The notes beneath the pieces were generated by a model, which searched no databases, had not been told where the DNA came from, and saw only the letters and a program-made list of their open reading frames with translations. The position numbers were made by a program, and so were the translations under genes. A stretch of 44,265 nt of DNA, filler included, from Catajapyx aquilonaris (lineage: Eukaryota), in NCBI GenBank assembly GCA_000934665.2. It is 2 parts of 2 records of this genome, joined end to end, with 100 filler letters (N's around TTAATTAATTAA, not from the genome) between each part and the next. Parts side by side here need not be neighbours in the genome. Positions count along the whole stretch, not along the records: positions 1 to 22,096 come from JYFJ02005924.1; 1 more part is not named here. One strand, given 5' to 3'. This document shows, one piece after another, positions 1-14,000 of this stretch (the stretch's first letter is position 1; each line of letters begins with the position of its first letter).

Positions 1-323
1 ACTACGTCTCTGTCGAGACTATTTGCCAACTACCATTCTATTTCCTTTTTACGCAGCTGTAAAGGTAATTGTGAATGCATATTTTGGGTTTTCTTTGCTT
101 CAGGGCAAAGGCGAAGGGACTCAGCCAGAGAAAACCGACATCCAGCACAACCATGCCCCATAGTAACGGAAATTAATGTAAAAATTGCAATTTCTTAACA
201 TTTTTTGTAATCATTGTGCCAAAATTATAAAATGAGCATTTTTTGCCATGAATGCCATGCATTTCCTCTAAAACACTGTTAGTCATCCCATCAGACAGTG
301 TCTATTTAGATAACTCTGTTCAT

Positions 324-854
324 GGATCATTCTGGGACTGATTAGGGCCTATATTTGGCCCCATTGCGTACTTTCAAGGCGCACATGCGTTCCTTCAAAT
401 GCAATTATTTTCCTTAAATCAAAAAAGTCCTCCTGAGATTTTTTTCTATGTGAGGGAAAGGGTCTGAGCTACAACATTATTTAAAAATCGGATTTTTAAA
501 TTAGGCGGATTTTTTTAAAAAAAAATTTGAAATTTTGAAAATGGCACAGAATTTTCAAAAAAGTCCAAATACGAATTTTCAATCCTTAGTGAGATTGGGC
601 TCTCGAATCTCTTCAAAGGGAGCGGTCTACGACGTCTGTAGCTCAATTGGTTCACGAGATATGACCGATTTCTGAAACCCTACCTTCCGAAAATGACGTT
701 TTTTTCGGTGGGCCTATCTCCGGGGAGGGGGGGTAAATCTCAAAACTGCGCAAATGGTATTTTTGAAAGACGTAATTAAAGCGATTCGCCGATTTTCGTC
801 AAAATCTGACAACCCAAGGGTCAGGGGGCTCGGTGAATTGACATGGAATGACCC
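324..854. mobile_element. MITE with GG(G/A)TCATTC termini and AT TSD (ISL2EU/Harbinger-like)
   Basis: AT|GGATCATTC at 322-332 and GAATGACCC|AT at 846-856; no coding capacity. Confidence 0.5.
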
Positions 855-2072
855 ATAGAATGTTTCATTTATTAGTTAAGGGAGGTCCGATACTGATGAT
901 ACTTATCTATGACCCTTAAGTTCGTCGCTACTGATTCATGTTTCATTTATTAGTTATATTGTTACTTTGACCTTGCTCCCTTTCCTCATTAAAATTTTCA
1001 GGAAAGCTCACCCGGACTTGCTCCTGTCATCTTCCCGGTTGCAATTTGGCAGTGTTACATACATAGTCAGAAAGCTCCTTTTACCCCTATTTTAGAGGCC
1101 TCCTCTCAATCCCACTAGTTGACTGAGGCCTCTCCTATGCAGGAAATGAGTGTAATACACAATCTTGTTTAGAAATATGTCAGATTACAGGCTGGAATTG
1201 TAGGGCTGACTAAAAAGTAATGTCCAGGTATCCAGAGCAAATTGAACACAATAACATTATTGTTGCAAAAATTTATATTTAAAAAGTAAATTGTACAATT
1301 AAATTGAATAAATGCATTTGAGCAGAAGCAGACCTGTGCAAGCCTACTTCAGTTTTTGGCTAAGCACAGTTTCAAAGGGGACATTGATAAAACCAGTGCC
1401 ATACACAAACAAAAGACATCTCATGTGTAGGTTAATGGACGTATGAAGGCTTCTCACATACCAAATTCATGTCCTGCTATTCACAACACAGGGAAGCCAA
1501 TAAGCTGAATCAACACCTTGCAAAAGTCACCAGAATCTGCTGATTTGATGCCCATGTTACCTCTCACGCAGAAGATATTCTTCAGGCACTGACTGAAAAG
1601 TACTCCAACTAACGAATAGTGAAGCTAACACCTTTGATAGAAAACTGGCATTGAAAAATGCAATGTAAAAAAGCATGAATTTGTGATTGTACATATATCA
1701 CTTTAAAAATATATTGTACTATAGTAGACAATAAGTCAATGGAAGCTGTAAGAATGCCATCACAAGGATATGCTGGTGGCCAGCACAATTCTGCAGGTCA
1801 CAGGTTAGCACCTCTTAAGATCAAAAATGTCCAAATAAAAATGGAATTCCTCCATAGACCATATTGGTCTATGGAGGAATTCCATTGTGAAAGACTCCAT
1901 ACAACAGCCATTTTTCCATCTGTCAAAACTCCCACACCTTAGAAATTAATGACACTTGGTAAACAATGCAAAAATCACCTGAGACACTAAGAGGCATAAG
2001 GCCACGCTAAAAGCTTAAAATAAATACACTACTAAAAATATTTCTGCAGAAGGTGATGCACCATTCTCGATC

Positions 2073-5000
2073 CTACTGGTCAACAACCTCTGTTTTGATC
2101 TCCTGCTTTGGAATGAGGAATTGAAATACCTCTCCAAAATCTACCATGTTGTATGCACTGCGCAGCAGTATTACATCCACTATGTCACTGACTTTCTCAT
2201 AAGCATCAGTCACCCCCCGTACAGTCCTCTTCAGTATGGCTGCAAAAGGAAATTTAAGTCAATATAAGAAAGGCATTATATCCTGGCATAATGAACACTT
2301 ACCTTTTTCGGCATCAGATGCAGAATCAGTAGCCTTGGTATGATCAAAGAGGTACTTGTAGAAATAAATTTGGTTGCACAAGTCAGCATCTGAGTACTCG
2401 CTGAACAACACAGCTTTTTCACACATGTTGCAAACAGGGTATGTCCCTTTAAACTGGAGGGGAATCTTTCGGGTTCTGTTGGAGCATGCTGGATCTTCGC
2501 ATATTAGCCATGCCTAAGAGACAAAAGTGGGTTAGAATTGTCGAGATCACTTGAGGAATGGGCAACTCTTGAAGGATTATCAAGTTTCTTACCGCATAGT
2601 AGCGCTTGATGTGCCCCCGTATGGCTAATGTGAGCTTATTGACAATGTTTGCCACATACGCATATGGAGGGACATTACACTCAGGATTGGTGCATCGTGC
2701 CAGGACAAATTCCACCTCAGTTCCCTGTTCAAAAATATTCAAATTAATGTGACAAGTGCTTTATGTGAAAGAGTGAAAACAAAACATGCACATTGATATC
2801 ACACAACTTCAACTTGATAACGACCGTGGGAGTATATCATGGGCATACGAGAGAAAGTCAGTAAATCTAAAAACCCAGATATTCACACTACTCAAACTGC
2901 CAAAATTTGACTTAATGAGGTTCTCTGGCATGCCCACATTACAGAATCTTGTTTCTGCCACCTCTGGCATTGGAAGATTACTACTGACTTACACTATTCC
3001 TATAAATGACATTTAGCATCCCAGCAATTTCACACCTACAAATGCTTCTCCACACTTGGGTAAATCTGAAACTTACTGAGCCTCGTGTGGGCCTGTCCAT
3101 TACTATGTCCTCTTGGCATTTTGGTTCTGGACACTTGAATTTGAACCTGAAATAAATCACTCAAGAGTTACTGACACCATTAGGAATGCAATAAAAATTT
3201 CCCCATAGCAATTTCTTACCTCTCACAATTCTTATACTTCTCCTCAGCAGCCATCACAGCCCTGCTACCCACGGTTACATCAGTTTCTTCTTCATGTTGG
3301 TATTGAATGGATTTACGGTAGTTGGATGCATCTAGACCTGCACATGGAAATAAATTCCTCATGATGATCAAGTGTTTAGTGAGTAATCTGAACATAGAGA
3401 GGTCAAGATGAAAATCAGAATTTTCTCCCAAAGCTCTCCTTTGATGATGACGATGATGCAAATAAATTGCCTTCATGACCAACTTAACAATGATCATTAA
3501 GGCAAGAGAATTAAATCTACCCCTTACCAAGGCACTCTGCCACCCTTCCAGAATCCATCCCTTCAATGGGATCACATAATCGCGACACAACTGGATGTAT
3601 CTGCTGTGACAGATAATATTGGACATCAATCTTGAGGTTTGCGTGCCCTTTCTTCTCATCCACATGGTAAGCCCTCTGGATGGCCGAAAGGTTACTACCA
3701 TCTTCACATATGACGTAGGGCACCGTGTCTCCCTGCTTGAGGGTCTTCCCACCCTTTGAGTTGATCCTGACGGCCACCTGGACATGAGGAAGACTCTTCT
3801 TGTCAGGATAGTCCTGTGGATTCTTGGTGAGCTGTTTGGTAATGGCAAGGAGGGCCACAGGAATGCTTCCCTTCTCCAGCCTGGACTTCAGTTCCTCCAA
3901 GTGCTGCTGGATGTTATCTAGCCGCCGGTCATGTGGCTGGTCATTCAGAATCTGGTTGAGCACATACCTTTAAGCACAAAATTAAAAGATGACAAATTAG
4001 TTTCAACTCATAGAATGTACGTACATGATGAGAGCCCACCACTGTTCACCACCTTTTAATTTGTGTTCATAAGTCCTTTCTACCAAGGTTACAGTATATG
4101 CACATCTACCTCAATTGCAATGAAACTTTTACTGTCAGAATGAATTCTGTATCGTTTGTGCACTCACTTTCCAGCATCTGCTGCCAACTGTGACCAATCC
4201 CTGCGCACTACGTCAAGACCTTTAAGTTCTTGCTCCTCTACTAGACGGCCATCAGGCAATCGTGAAATGGTCACTGCAGCATACTTTTTCTTCTTGAGCA
4301 GCAGCATGTACTTAAACACCCCATCGATATCCAGTTCCAGGTGTTTGTACAGCTTGTTCACGTCCACCTTGATCTACAACCAAATTATGCATATTACAAA
4401 ATAACATTAAAAAGAATACACTAAAAAAACTATTTTAAAAAGTGACAAAAAAGGCAAATTATAAGTCAGTTAAAATGAATGCAAAATCCATTTTTGAAAA
4501 CTTGAGAAGTGAAAATAATACGAAGGTCGTTTGGAAATGATTTACACTCTTTCTTTTTCCCGCTGAAGAAGTGGTCCTAGAAGTTCCATTATTCACCACT
4601 AGATGGAATGAGTCTTCCTGAGTGTGCCACAAAAAATTGGACGCCATTCGTGTCAGTTGCATCGTCTTGGTGCCCGCCGAAAGTAGTGTACGTAGCTCTC
4701 GTCATGGACAGAGTTGCAGGAGACTACCACGGTCAGCGGTGGACCACATGGTTCTTGTGGACGGAAGGAGTGGCAGCAACAGATATTCATCCTACTGGTG
4801 GACTGGCTGGAGAAGGGCAATACGATCAACAGCGAAAGGTACGATGTCACCCTTCGACGCAGACGATGAAGGGTGACACCGTACCTTTTGCTGTTGATTG
4901 TATTGCCCTTCTCCATTCTCCAGCCAGTCCACCAGTAGGATGAATATCTGTCGCTGCCACCCCTTCTGCCCGTGGTAGTCTCCTGCAATGTTGTCCATGA

Positions 5001-8000
5001 CGAGAGCTACGGGCACTACTTTCGGTGGGTACCGTGACGATGCAACTGACACGAATGGCGTCCAATTTTTTGTGGCACACTCAGGAAGACTCGTTCCATC
5101 TAGTCGTAAATAATGGAACTTCTAGGACCACATTTTCAGCGGGGGGAAAAAAGAGTGTAAATCATTTCCGAAAGACCCTCGTTCTTTAACTGAAACCAAA
5201 GCAATGCACGAGAGACTGTTTCTTTTTTATGCATATAATGAACATTCCTGTAATCATTGCTTTAACCAATTGGATAATGGCTCTTCCTCATATTGCAAAA
5301 TTGTACCTCTGAGGATAAATGCACTTGTTTTTTCACACAGGCTGGAATGCCATTAGAATATGGGATGATCAAATTTTTCACTATTCACATCCGTGACTAT
5401 CCTGGCATAAGGCAGGACATGATGGCATTGAGTGGGGTTTCATCTGCATTTTACATAGAAAACCTCCTGAAGTATAACTAGAACTTTCCAAGAAGATGAA
5501 AATGGGGGGGGGGGATGTCCAGTTTTATAAAACCCATGTCAGTGGAAATTTTCCAAGTCTGTGTGCATCTTCAATTCTACATAAACCCTTTCACAAACAT
5601 TAGTAACAAAATGTGACCTTCCCACAATCTCTGAGCAAAGTTTAATGAGCAATTAATTATTATCACTTAATACGGTGGAGGTTTCTTAATAAGCATGTGT
5701 TCACAATTATGTTTCATTTTTAACATGGAATTTAACACATTTGTATAAAATTAACATTAGCTAAAATTAAAATATCTTCTAATTTTCAAGAAAAAGGGGA
5801 TAGCTCAGACAATATTATTATCCCATGCTACACCAGCTGGCCAGTTCCTCTTGGGTACACTGGCCTGTTGGCCACCCCTGATTTATACTCGCAGGCCAAT
5901 GCGAGAAAATACAACATGCCACAGAAAGGGCAAATCAAATCAAAGCATATTCAGCCAAAAATACGTACCTTGCTTCCAAGCTTCAAAACAGCATCATAAT
6001 CAGTGCAATTCGAGTTTATCATTATTGAGTCTGTGTCACCATATACCACATCCAGATTCATCTTCTGAACAACATCCTTGGTCTTCAGCAATATCTCTCT
6101 GCCCTTGGCTGAAATAATGAGAAGCACGTATCAGAATAATAATCTTCTCAAGCACAAGAAAACTATTCTTAATGATGACTGAACTTGGGAATGCACTGTA
6201 TTTTCCAGAGTATTGCATGAATACCAGTCAGTGATAAAAATGAATGCCTATTGTATTACATACCAGTAATCATGGCAGCCAGAGGTTTGGCATAAAACCT
6301 AGACTGTGTAAATCCCAGGCATCCGTAGAGGCTGTTGGCAGTGAGCTTCAGAGCCTGCTGTCTAATGTTGTATTGCATCCTCTGGTCAGATGGAAGATCA
6401 GGATTCTTCAGCAACTGCTTTACTTGCCGCCTACTTTCTACTAATTTACGAATCTCTGTGGGAAGTACTCCTGATTCCAAGTCAGAATCCGGCATGTCTG
6501 GAATATACTCATCAGCTTCCTACAAAGACATAATTAAACAATTGAATATTGAAGGCAACTGCCAAGTGAACCTACTGCCTACAAGACACAACAACAGCAA
6601 ATATTATGTTTGAATTCTTGCTTTAAACATTATGATGAGGAGAGCAGTTCACTTCATCTCACACTATTAAAGGCTTTGGAATGGCAGGTAAGTTAGAAAA
6701 AATCTTGATGAACACTTGACCACCTGCTCCCTCCACACCTGTTCACATAAACATGGGTTTGGCCATTCCTCATCATATGCAGGGCAAGTTTTTTAAATTT
6801 TTATTTAACAGATTGAAAAGTGAACCTTGCCTCTCCATGTGGTTGTTCCTATGTAAATGATAAGATCAACATGTACCAACTTTTATGAATGAGCTTACAG
6901 TGTTCGATTGTTTTGGTGGTTCTCGAGGCACAGTGGTGAAGCAGATGTTATACTCCTGGATGATGCTTGGGTACAGAGAATTGAAGTCCATGAGGAGGAT
7001 GAATTTGTCATAAAAACCCTTCTTGGGCTCAAGAACCAGCCCTCCAGTGTAGGCTGGTTTGCGATTTCCTCTGCCTTTCCTAGGCTTCAGCCCTTCTTCC
7101 TCTCCTTCACCTTCTTGCTGGAAATTTAAAATTGTGTCACTAGGATATAAAAATGATATAATCTATCACAAACTCACCTTGCGCTTGTTGAATGCATACT
7201 GCTTGTCTGGTACAATGAAGTCTCTCTGGTGAAAGGCATGCAGCAAAAGAAATTCATTTCTCTCAGAACGTCCTCCTAGGAGTGTCCTGGACATCAAGTT
7301 TCCTGAGAAAGATGAGTCATTTGATGATTGCCATCTCCATGTCTATCAAGAGTAGTCTCATGAAGCTCTTGACCACATCACACATTGACTTATCAATTTA
7401 GACAACTTAATCCAGAGCTAGGTTGCCTTTTATACAAGATTAGTAGTTATTTTGGTAACACATCATTAGATGCCCCATTCATCAACAATAATTTCAAAAC
7501 ATTCCTAGTATTGTCTGATTATGTGCCAATACTAATACCCTGTTCAATCCAAATCAGGTGGTACCATGATTTGGTGTTTTGCATGAGTCCCAAAGGCTGC
7601 CTGCACCATACACGGGAAAAGTCATTCACAGTAATTACAGGGACTATACTCGAAACATGCGTGGATGTTGCTCTATTTGTAAGCATGTCCCCTCGGAGTG
7701 GACCACATGGAACTAACTGACCGCACCTTCTCCAGTGGTCGTCAACATCAACATAGAGGGGCCATCTTGGGCGGCAGTACATAAAATATCATTAGGAGGT
7801 CCTTATCATTATAGTAATTAAAGTGACTGCAAAAAATGAGAAAAACTGCAAAATATTGCTTCTGCTGCAGCAACAAACCGTTCGTGCTGATATTCGCTTA
7901 ACATACAGGGTGGTAGAAAAGTCCTGCATCAATGGGGAAGTCTGATTTGCTTTGCAATGGGGTTTTGTCTTTCCCCAGTTGAACCATGTTGACCACGATG

Positions 8001-11000
8001 AGTGTTTGGAAATTCTCCTGTGGACGCGAAGGCTACATCCATAGAGATGTTGTGGCGGAGAAAGTGTCCATAGAGCAAAGCACCATGAACATATTCAGGA
8101 GAACAGTGGGAGTAGCCATTGCGTCCACAGAGGAGATTTTTTTTTTTTTTTTGCATTACCCCATTGGGAGTTACATTTCCTTTAGGGGGGTGGAATACCA
8201 CCATTTGGGTGGAACCGGTATACTAAGATAGTATTTAGTGTGTTCCAAGGGTAGGTAGGAGGGGATGTGCAAAGTGCATGTGCAATGTCGTTGATGTGCC
8301 GTTTTGTGAACTCCCCCGGGTGGCATATGTGAAAGGATCTCCACCCGAAACGAAGCCAGAGACGGTCTCACTCTGCGCGAGATGAAGGGGGGAACCCCGG
8401 GTTGGGATCGAACCCGGGACCTTAACATCCGCGGGCGCATACGTTACCGCAGCGCCACTTCGCCTCCCCGCCGTCCACAGAGGAGAATGAACATCACATG
8501 CTCGTCACTGGTCAACATGGTTCACCAGTGGAAAGGCAAACACCATTACAAAGCAAATCCCCATTGATGTGGGCCTTTCCGGCCACCTTGTAGTTAAGTT
8601 ACATGCTACGAGTATAACAGTTAATATATTGCAAGTAAGCATACTAATACTTAAGGTATGCAGGATATTATCATCCTGCTGAAAATACATACTGTATACA
8701 ATAACTACCGTATTTACTCGCATATAAGACGCACTTTTTTTCCGATTTTTGTAGCTCAAAAAGTAGGGTGCGTCTTATACGCGTGTGAGTCTTATACGGC
8801 AGGGCACAACTGGTGAAACCCGTGAGAAATCGTGAAAATCGTTTATTGAAAAATTTTAAAACATCGCACATTCGAATCAGTCATCGTCGCTCTCCTCGGC
8901 CGTCCACACACGTGCACAATTCCGGTGTGACCTTGCCACCTATACGTTTCAGATGCGTAGCATTGTCCCATTTTCCACTTGCCCCCCCCCNATTCTCGCA
9001 TGCATTGCACATGCATTGCACACGAGGTTGCTGCCGGAAGCTCGAGGCCAGTTCCCAAACTACGGCAATAAATCTGGGTGCGTCTTATATGAGTCAACAA
9101 CCGATTTTCCACGATTTTTCGCCTCAAAACCGGGGTGCGTCTTATACGCGTGTGCGTCTTATATGCGAGTAAATACGGTATTTAAACAAATGTACATTTC
9201 ATGCAAGCATACTGTGAGGGACACTGACCAACAATGCTTGTAATTTGAAGTGCAAGGGGTAGAACACTCAATTCACACATGATCCTCAAGGCATTCAGTG
9301 CATCCTGCATGGTCCTGTTCACCAGGTGAAGTAATGAAGATGATGTCCTGCAAACAATACTTGGTAATAAAAACAATCCAGTATGAGACAAAGCAATAAG
9401 AAACCCTGACCTGTACATCTTCCGTACTACTTCTGTTCCAAGGTCAAGGGCATGCTCTTCCTTTGCGTGGAGCACCTGTCTGCACAGGGATGGTAGATCA
9501 TAACTCTTTGCTCGTATGAGTTCCTTTGCAGACAACTTTACATCACACACCAGCCTGCCAGACATTACAGCCCTATCCAAGCCTTTTCCCTGCAAATACA
9601 AAAGTATCCAAAACCTTTCAATCTCTTCACTAAATTTTTATGTGGTATACAATACATTGTAACACGTGAACAGGTGCAATAGTGCATTCAATCACCATCA
9701 GAAGGTACTACTGGAAAATTTCTGGACATATTGGCCTTTTAAAAATTCAAAATTACATGGTATCAGCTCCTATCTTTACAACAATTGACACAGTTCCTTA
9801 GGGCAAATTTTTATTACATGTTTGTGGGGTAAGCACATTTGCTTTCCCAAGAAGGTTCATATTCTCCCAGTTAACTTGACTCTCCAATTGGGTAGGTAAA
9901 GAGCAGGGGTTGAGTTGCATGATGAGGTAAGAGATGAGTGAACATGGTGCAGGGTTAAAGGCTGTTTCACAAACTTGGCGTTGTGCGAGCGGGGACTGGG
10001 CAGCGTGAAAAACTTGCAAAGGGCCATTCACAAATGTTGCGTGCGATGGCCGAGTGCGGGCATTGCGCTGGCATTCAACCGGGTGCACTTTCTGCATGCG
10101 ATTAGCAAGAGGACCACACGCCCCTCTCTCGCATCACTGAGTTTGTGAAACAGCCTCAAGTTTTAGAATTACTTGCTCATACACACCAAAAATTTCCCAC
10201 TGGGAAACTACGACTCCAAAAAATTAATCAATCAATGTGTATGTGAACATTTTTCTCTGATTATTATCATTCATCATGATGTCATGTCATACCCTTTGTA
10301 ACCATGGGAAAATTTCATTTCATTTGATATATCATGGCCCGTTCACCTCTAAAGTTTGAAAACATCGTCACCTGCTATGAATGTTCCTCTAAATAACTAG
10401 CAGATTTTCAAAAAAATTGGACAATGTAGTGTAATCTTTGCTGGGTCAATTTTTCATGGAATTGCTCCTTTCAAGCATTACCATAAAAATTTCGTGGTTG
10501 TCCTCACCTTCATGATAAGCTGGGTCCTCTTTAGGCGGCCGAGTTTGGACCAGTTTGGAATTTTGAGCTGGTGCATTCTGTGGATAATAACATCCAAGTC
10601 ATACCCATGTATGTCATGCCCAACAATGATGTCAGGGTCTGCAAAGTAGATCTTGGCAAGAAAGGTGGAGAGTAAAGCTCGCTCTGTGTTCATCTTCTCC
10701 AATTTGGTCAGCTTGTACTTGGGGAACTCATCCCCATGGTCATATGGCCAGATCTCACCCGAAGGAGTGGTCAGGACTAGATGAGGAAAAATAATGATTA
10801 TAATGCTTCTAGTACCTTACCAGAGTTCCAAGATACTGAACGTTTGGGTTGTCACTATTGCAATAGAATCTGATTGGTGACACCAAGTGAACCTAACAGC
10901 TTCCACATAAAATTCCATCCATCAATGGAGTAGAGAGGGTTCAGTGCCTGATATTAAAAGATGCATCAGGAAGAGAATTAAGAATTGCTCACCACAGAAG

Positions 11001-14000
11001 TGCTTCTGAAAAAGTGGTTGAGGAGGGGCTCGATCTATGTGAAAACCCCTGTGAACTAGGCAACTGGCCATCACAACCTCATTCTGCTGCCCTTTCAAAT
11101 CCGAAACAGTTCGAACTGATATTGCCATAAGAACTAGGGGTGGAGCCGTCAAATTGGGGACGAGGGATATATTCCCAGGTTTGGTGCAGACAGCCTGAAA
11201 TGAGCATAAAAGACATGCAGCAGTTAACTAGACCATATAAATAATTTGCAATGGCACATTATTAAACTTATAACCATACCTCTACCTAACAAGGAGAAAG
11301 CAAAACTGTGCCTATCTTTATAATCATTGCCTTAAGTGCAGAAGTTAATATGGTAATGCCACTGAAATAAAGTATGCAATGAGACCTCATTTGATACATA
11401 CTATCTGAACATCTTTTTAAAAGAAACCGTTTTCATCTCTCCTGAGCATATCATGCCAAAAACTGCCTAAATCAAAAGAAATCAGTCACCCATGCAGAAT
11501 CCAGGCACTCACTACACCGTAGCAGCTTATAATGCATGTGGCACCTATTTCGCTTGCCCACCACGTTTTTGGAGGTAAATGGTGCTTGGTACCTTGTACT
11601 ACAACAATGAAACTTATCAATGCAAAACAAGGTTGCAGAACCGAGATGTTAGGATCAAGTTTCATTTGGCCACATAAGGTGCTAGGAACCAGATGTAAGG
11701 GGAAGAGTGCACTGTACAACACTTATTACACTACAATACTACTTAATTACCTCCACTTGGCACCAACTGACAAATGGATTGGCTAATTGTGGATTCTTGA
11801 TCTCCAACCAGCATGGACCCTTGATATTGCAATCAAGAAGGAACATCTCCAGACTAGATGTGTTGGTGCCAAAGACATGGCTGAAGGTCTCCCCTTTGGT
11901 ATCAGCAGGAATGGTTGGCATGTTCGCCTGGTTTACGAATAAATTACTGTTAAGTGCAGTTCAATAAGTTTAGGTATACCTTTGGGCATTACCTGATATT
12001 TGACCTCCAGGTATTCCGACATGTTAGGTACTTCATGCTTATCAAAAGCATAGCTTTTGGCCACCTTCCTGGATCTGAATTGAGTTATCTTGAGCTTCTC
12101 TGCAATTTTCCCATTGAATTCCTTATATACATCCGCTATGCCAACAGGCTGACCTGTGTCAACACCTGTCTCTAGGTTGATCCTCTGCAAGAGAAAAAGA
12201 TTCCAAATCTTTGTTGCAAAACCTCAACTTTGTTTAGTTCCTATCCATTATGTTCCCGAAGGCCCTGGTTACATGTGCAACAAATCTCATACAGCATCAC
12301 AAGAATCAAGCTTCAAATACCCAAAACAAACCTCAGGCTGTGGAAGCCACTCTCCTTGTTGAACAAAGCATGTGGCCTGGCCAAGAGGGGCAGACCTAAA
12401 TGTTGCAGTAAAACAGCACTTGCTTTATTTTCAAGACTGGATGAGTTCCAGGTTTGATCATGTTGCTCATGAGCTGAAGGCTATACTTTTTAGTGGAAAT
12501 CATTGATCTAATAATGGCAGAAGCAAAAGCTAAACTCAGTTTCTTCACATCTTTTGCATGAGTTGTGAAAATCAGGGCGTGAAATTGCTCACTAGCACCA
12601 GCTGTTGGTTTTCAGTGCTCATTTTCTTGTACATACTCATTTTGGCGTGAGCCTTTATGGTCTGTTCGCCAAAACTCTGACACATATAGTCATACTCATT
12701 AGTAGTTGGTGAAACAAAACTCTTTTCATTCAAGTGCAATGTTAGTGTAAAATCTAATAAGTTTACATGCGTATACAGGGTGTAGGCTGTAATTCGGGAC
12801 AGACATCTACAGGTAATCGAGGGGACCAAGACAAATATTTTTCACATAGGAACCTGTGTCTGGAAACGCCATATAGAGGGGGTCAATAGATGCAGAATGG
12901 GTGTGCGTCAGGCGGGAGGCGCTAGGCAAGTGGACCGTTTAGCTGCTAGGTGGCACGCGGATAGTAAACAATGGCTCTGTTGTTGCCAGGTTATTGTGCA
13001 TTGCGCCATTGCTTACCACATGCCACCTAGCAACTAAACGGTCCTCTTGCCTAGCACCTCCTGCCTGACATGTCTGAGCTCACCTGTTCCATGTCTATTC
13101 ACCCCCTCTAGAAGGTGTTTCTGGACATGGGTTCCTATGTGAAAAATATTTGTCTGGTCCCCTCTACTACCCCTACAAGTCTGTCCCGAATTACAGCCCA
13201 CACACTGTATAGAATCATATTAAACAACTCACAGTTTCTCTTGGAAGCAGGTAAACCCTTCGCTCAATGTTTCTAATGGTAACACAGCAACTGATGTGCA
13301 TCTTTGCTGATGCCACCCAGACTTTTCCAAAGAGATAAATTGTGCCAGGACTGCGAAAATAGTCCTCATAAGCATCGATCCAGTAAAAACGAAGGACCTG
13401 TTCCCCAGACTCATTTGTGGTCATGGGGAGCTCAGAGTTGTCAATAGCAACTGGATCTGGATCACTCTCTTGTGATGGCAGATTGGTCTCCCACTCAGTC
13501 ATCACCATGTCAGGAGGAATCCTGCAACAACACACTTGTGTTACCACACTGTTTTTATGAATGCAGTTGATTTGCATTAAATTTAATATGTACACATTAA
13601 TTAGATTCTGGGTAATGCTCAATCCCATCTAAGCCAACCTTGTAGTGCAAGTGCTGCCCCTCTCTTCCTACCAGCCAATCATGTACAACCGTGCATGTTA
13701 TTGGCAGATGGGAAGAAAAGGGTGGTACTCACACTGCAAGATCAGATTACATGGGGGTACGTAAGGAAAGCATGTGCTTGGCTGAAAATAGGAAATCACA
13801 AGTGTTTGTAACAAAAGGCAATACTGTGAAAGCACTACAAAAATTTTCTTTTTACTCATTTGTTGGAGGTCCACTGCAGTAAAGCAACCAAATAAGGGTA
13901 GCCAAGCAGGCAGTGCTAATGCTTCCCCTCTCAACTTATTTAAAGCCATTTCAAGTTCATCAACATGAACCGTCTAGTTAGCAGCTCGTACTACTCACAC

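Noticed and set aside
3216..3848. 210-aa minus-strand ORF
   Set aside because: Alternative frame of POLA1 exon 18 running through the intron into the true frame of exon 19; not a separate gene.
4608..5080. Cluster of overlapping 77-111 aa ORFs on both strands
   Set aside because: Mirror-image products of the palindrome; only short transposase-like fragments are meaningful.
8380..8470. tRNA-like sequences with A/B boxes (also 28720-28797, 29666-29740, 31440-31511, 34810-34892, 39985-40070)
   Set aside because: They are SINE heads: no complete acceptor stem, each followed by a SINE body and flanked by TSDs. Not tRNA genes.
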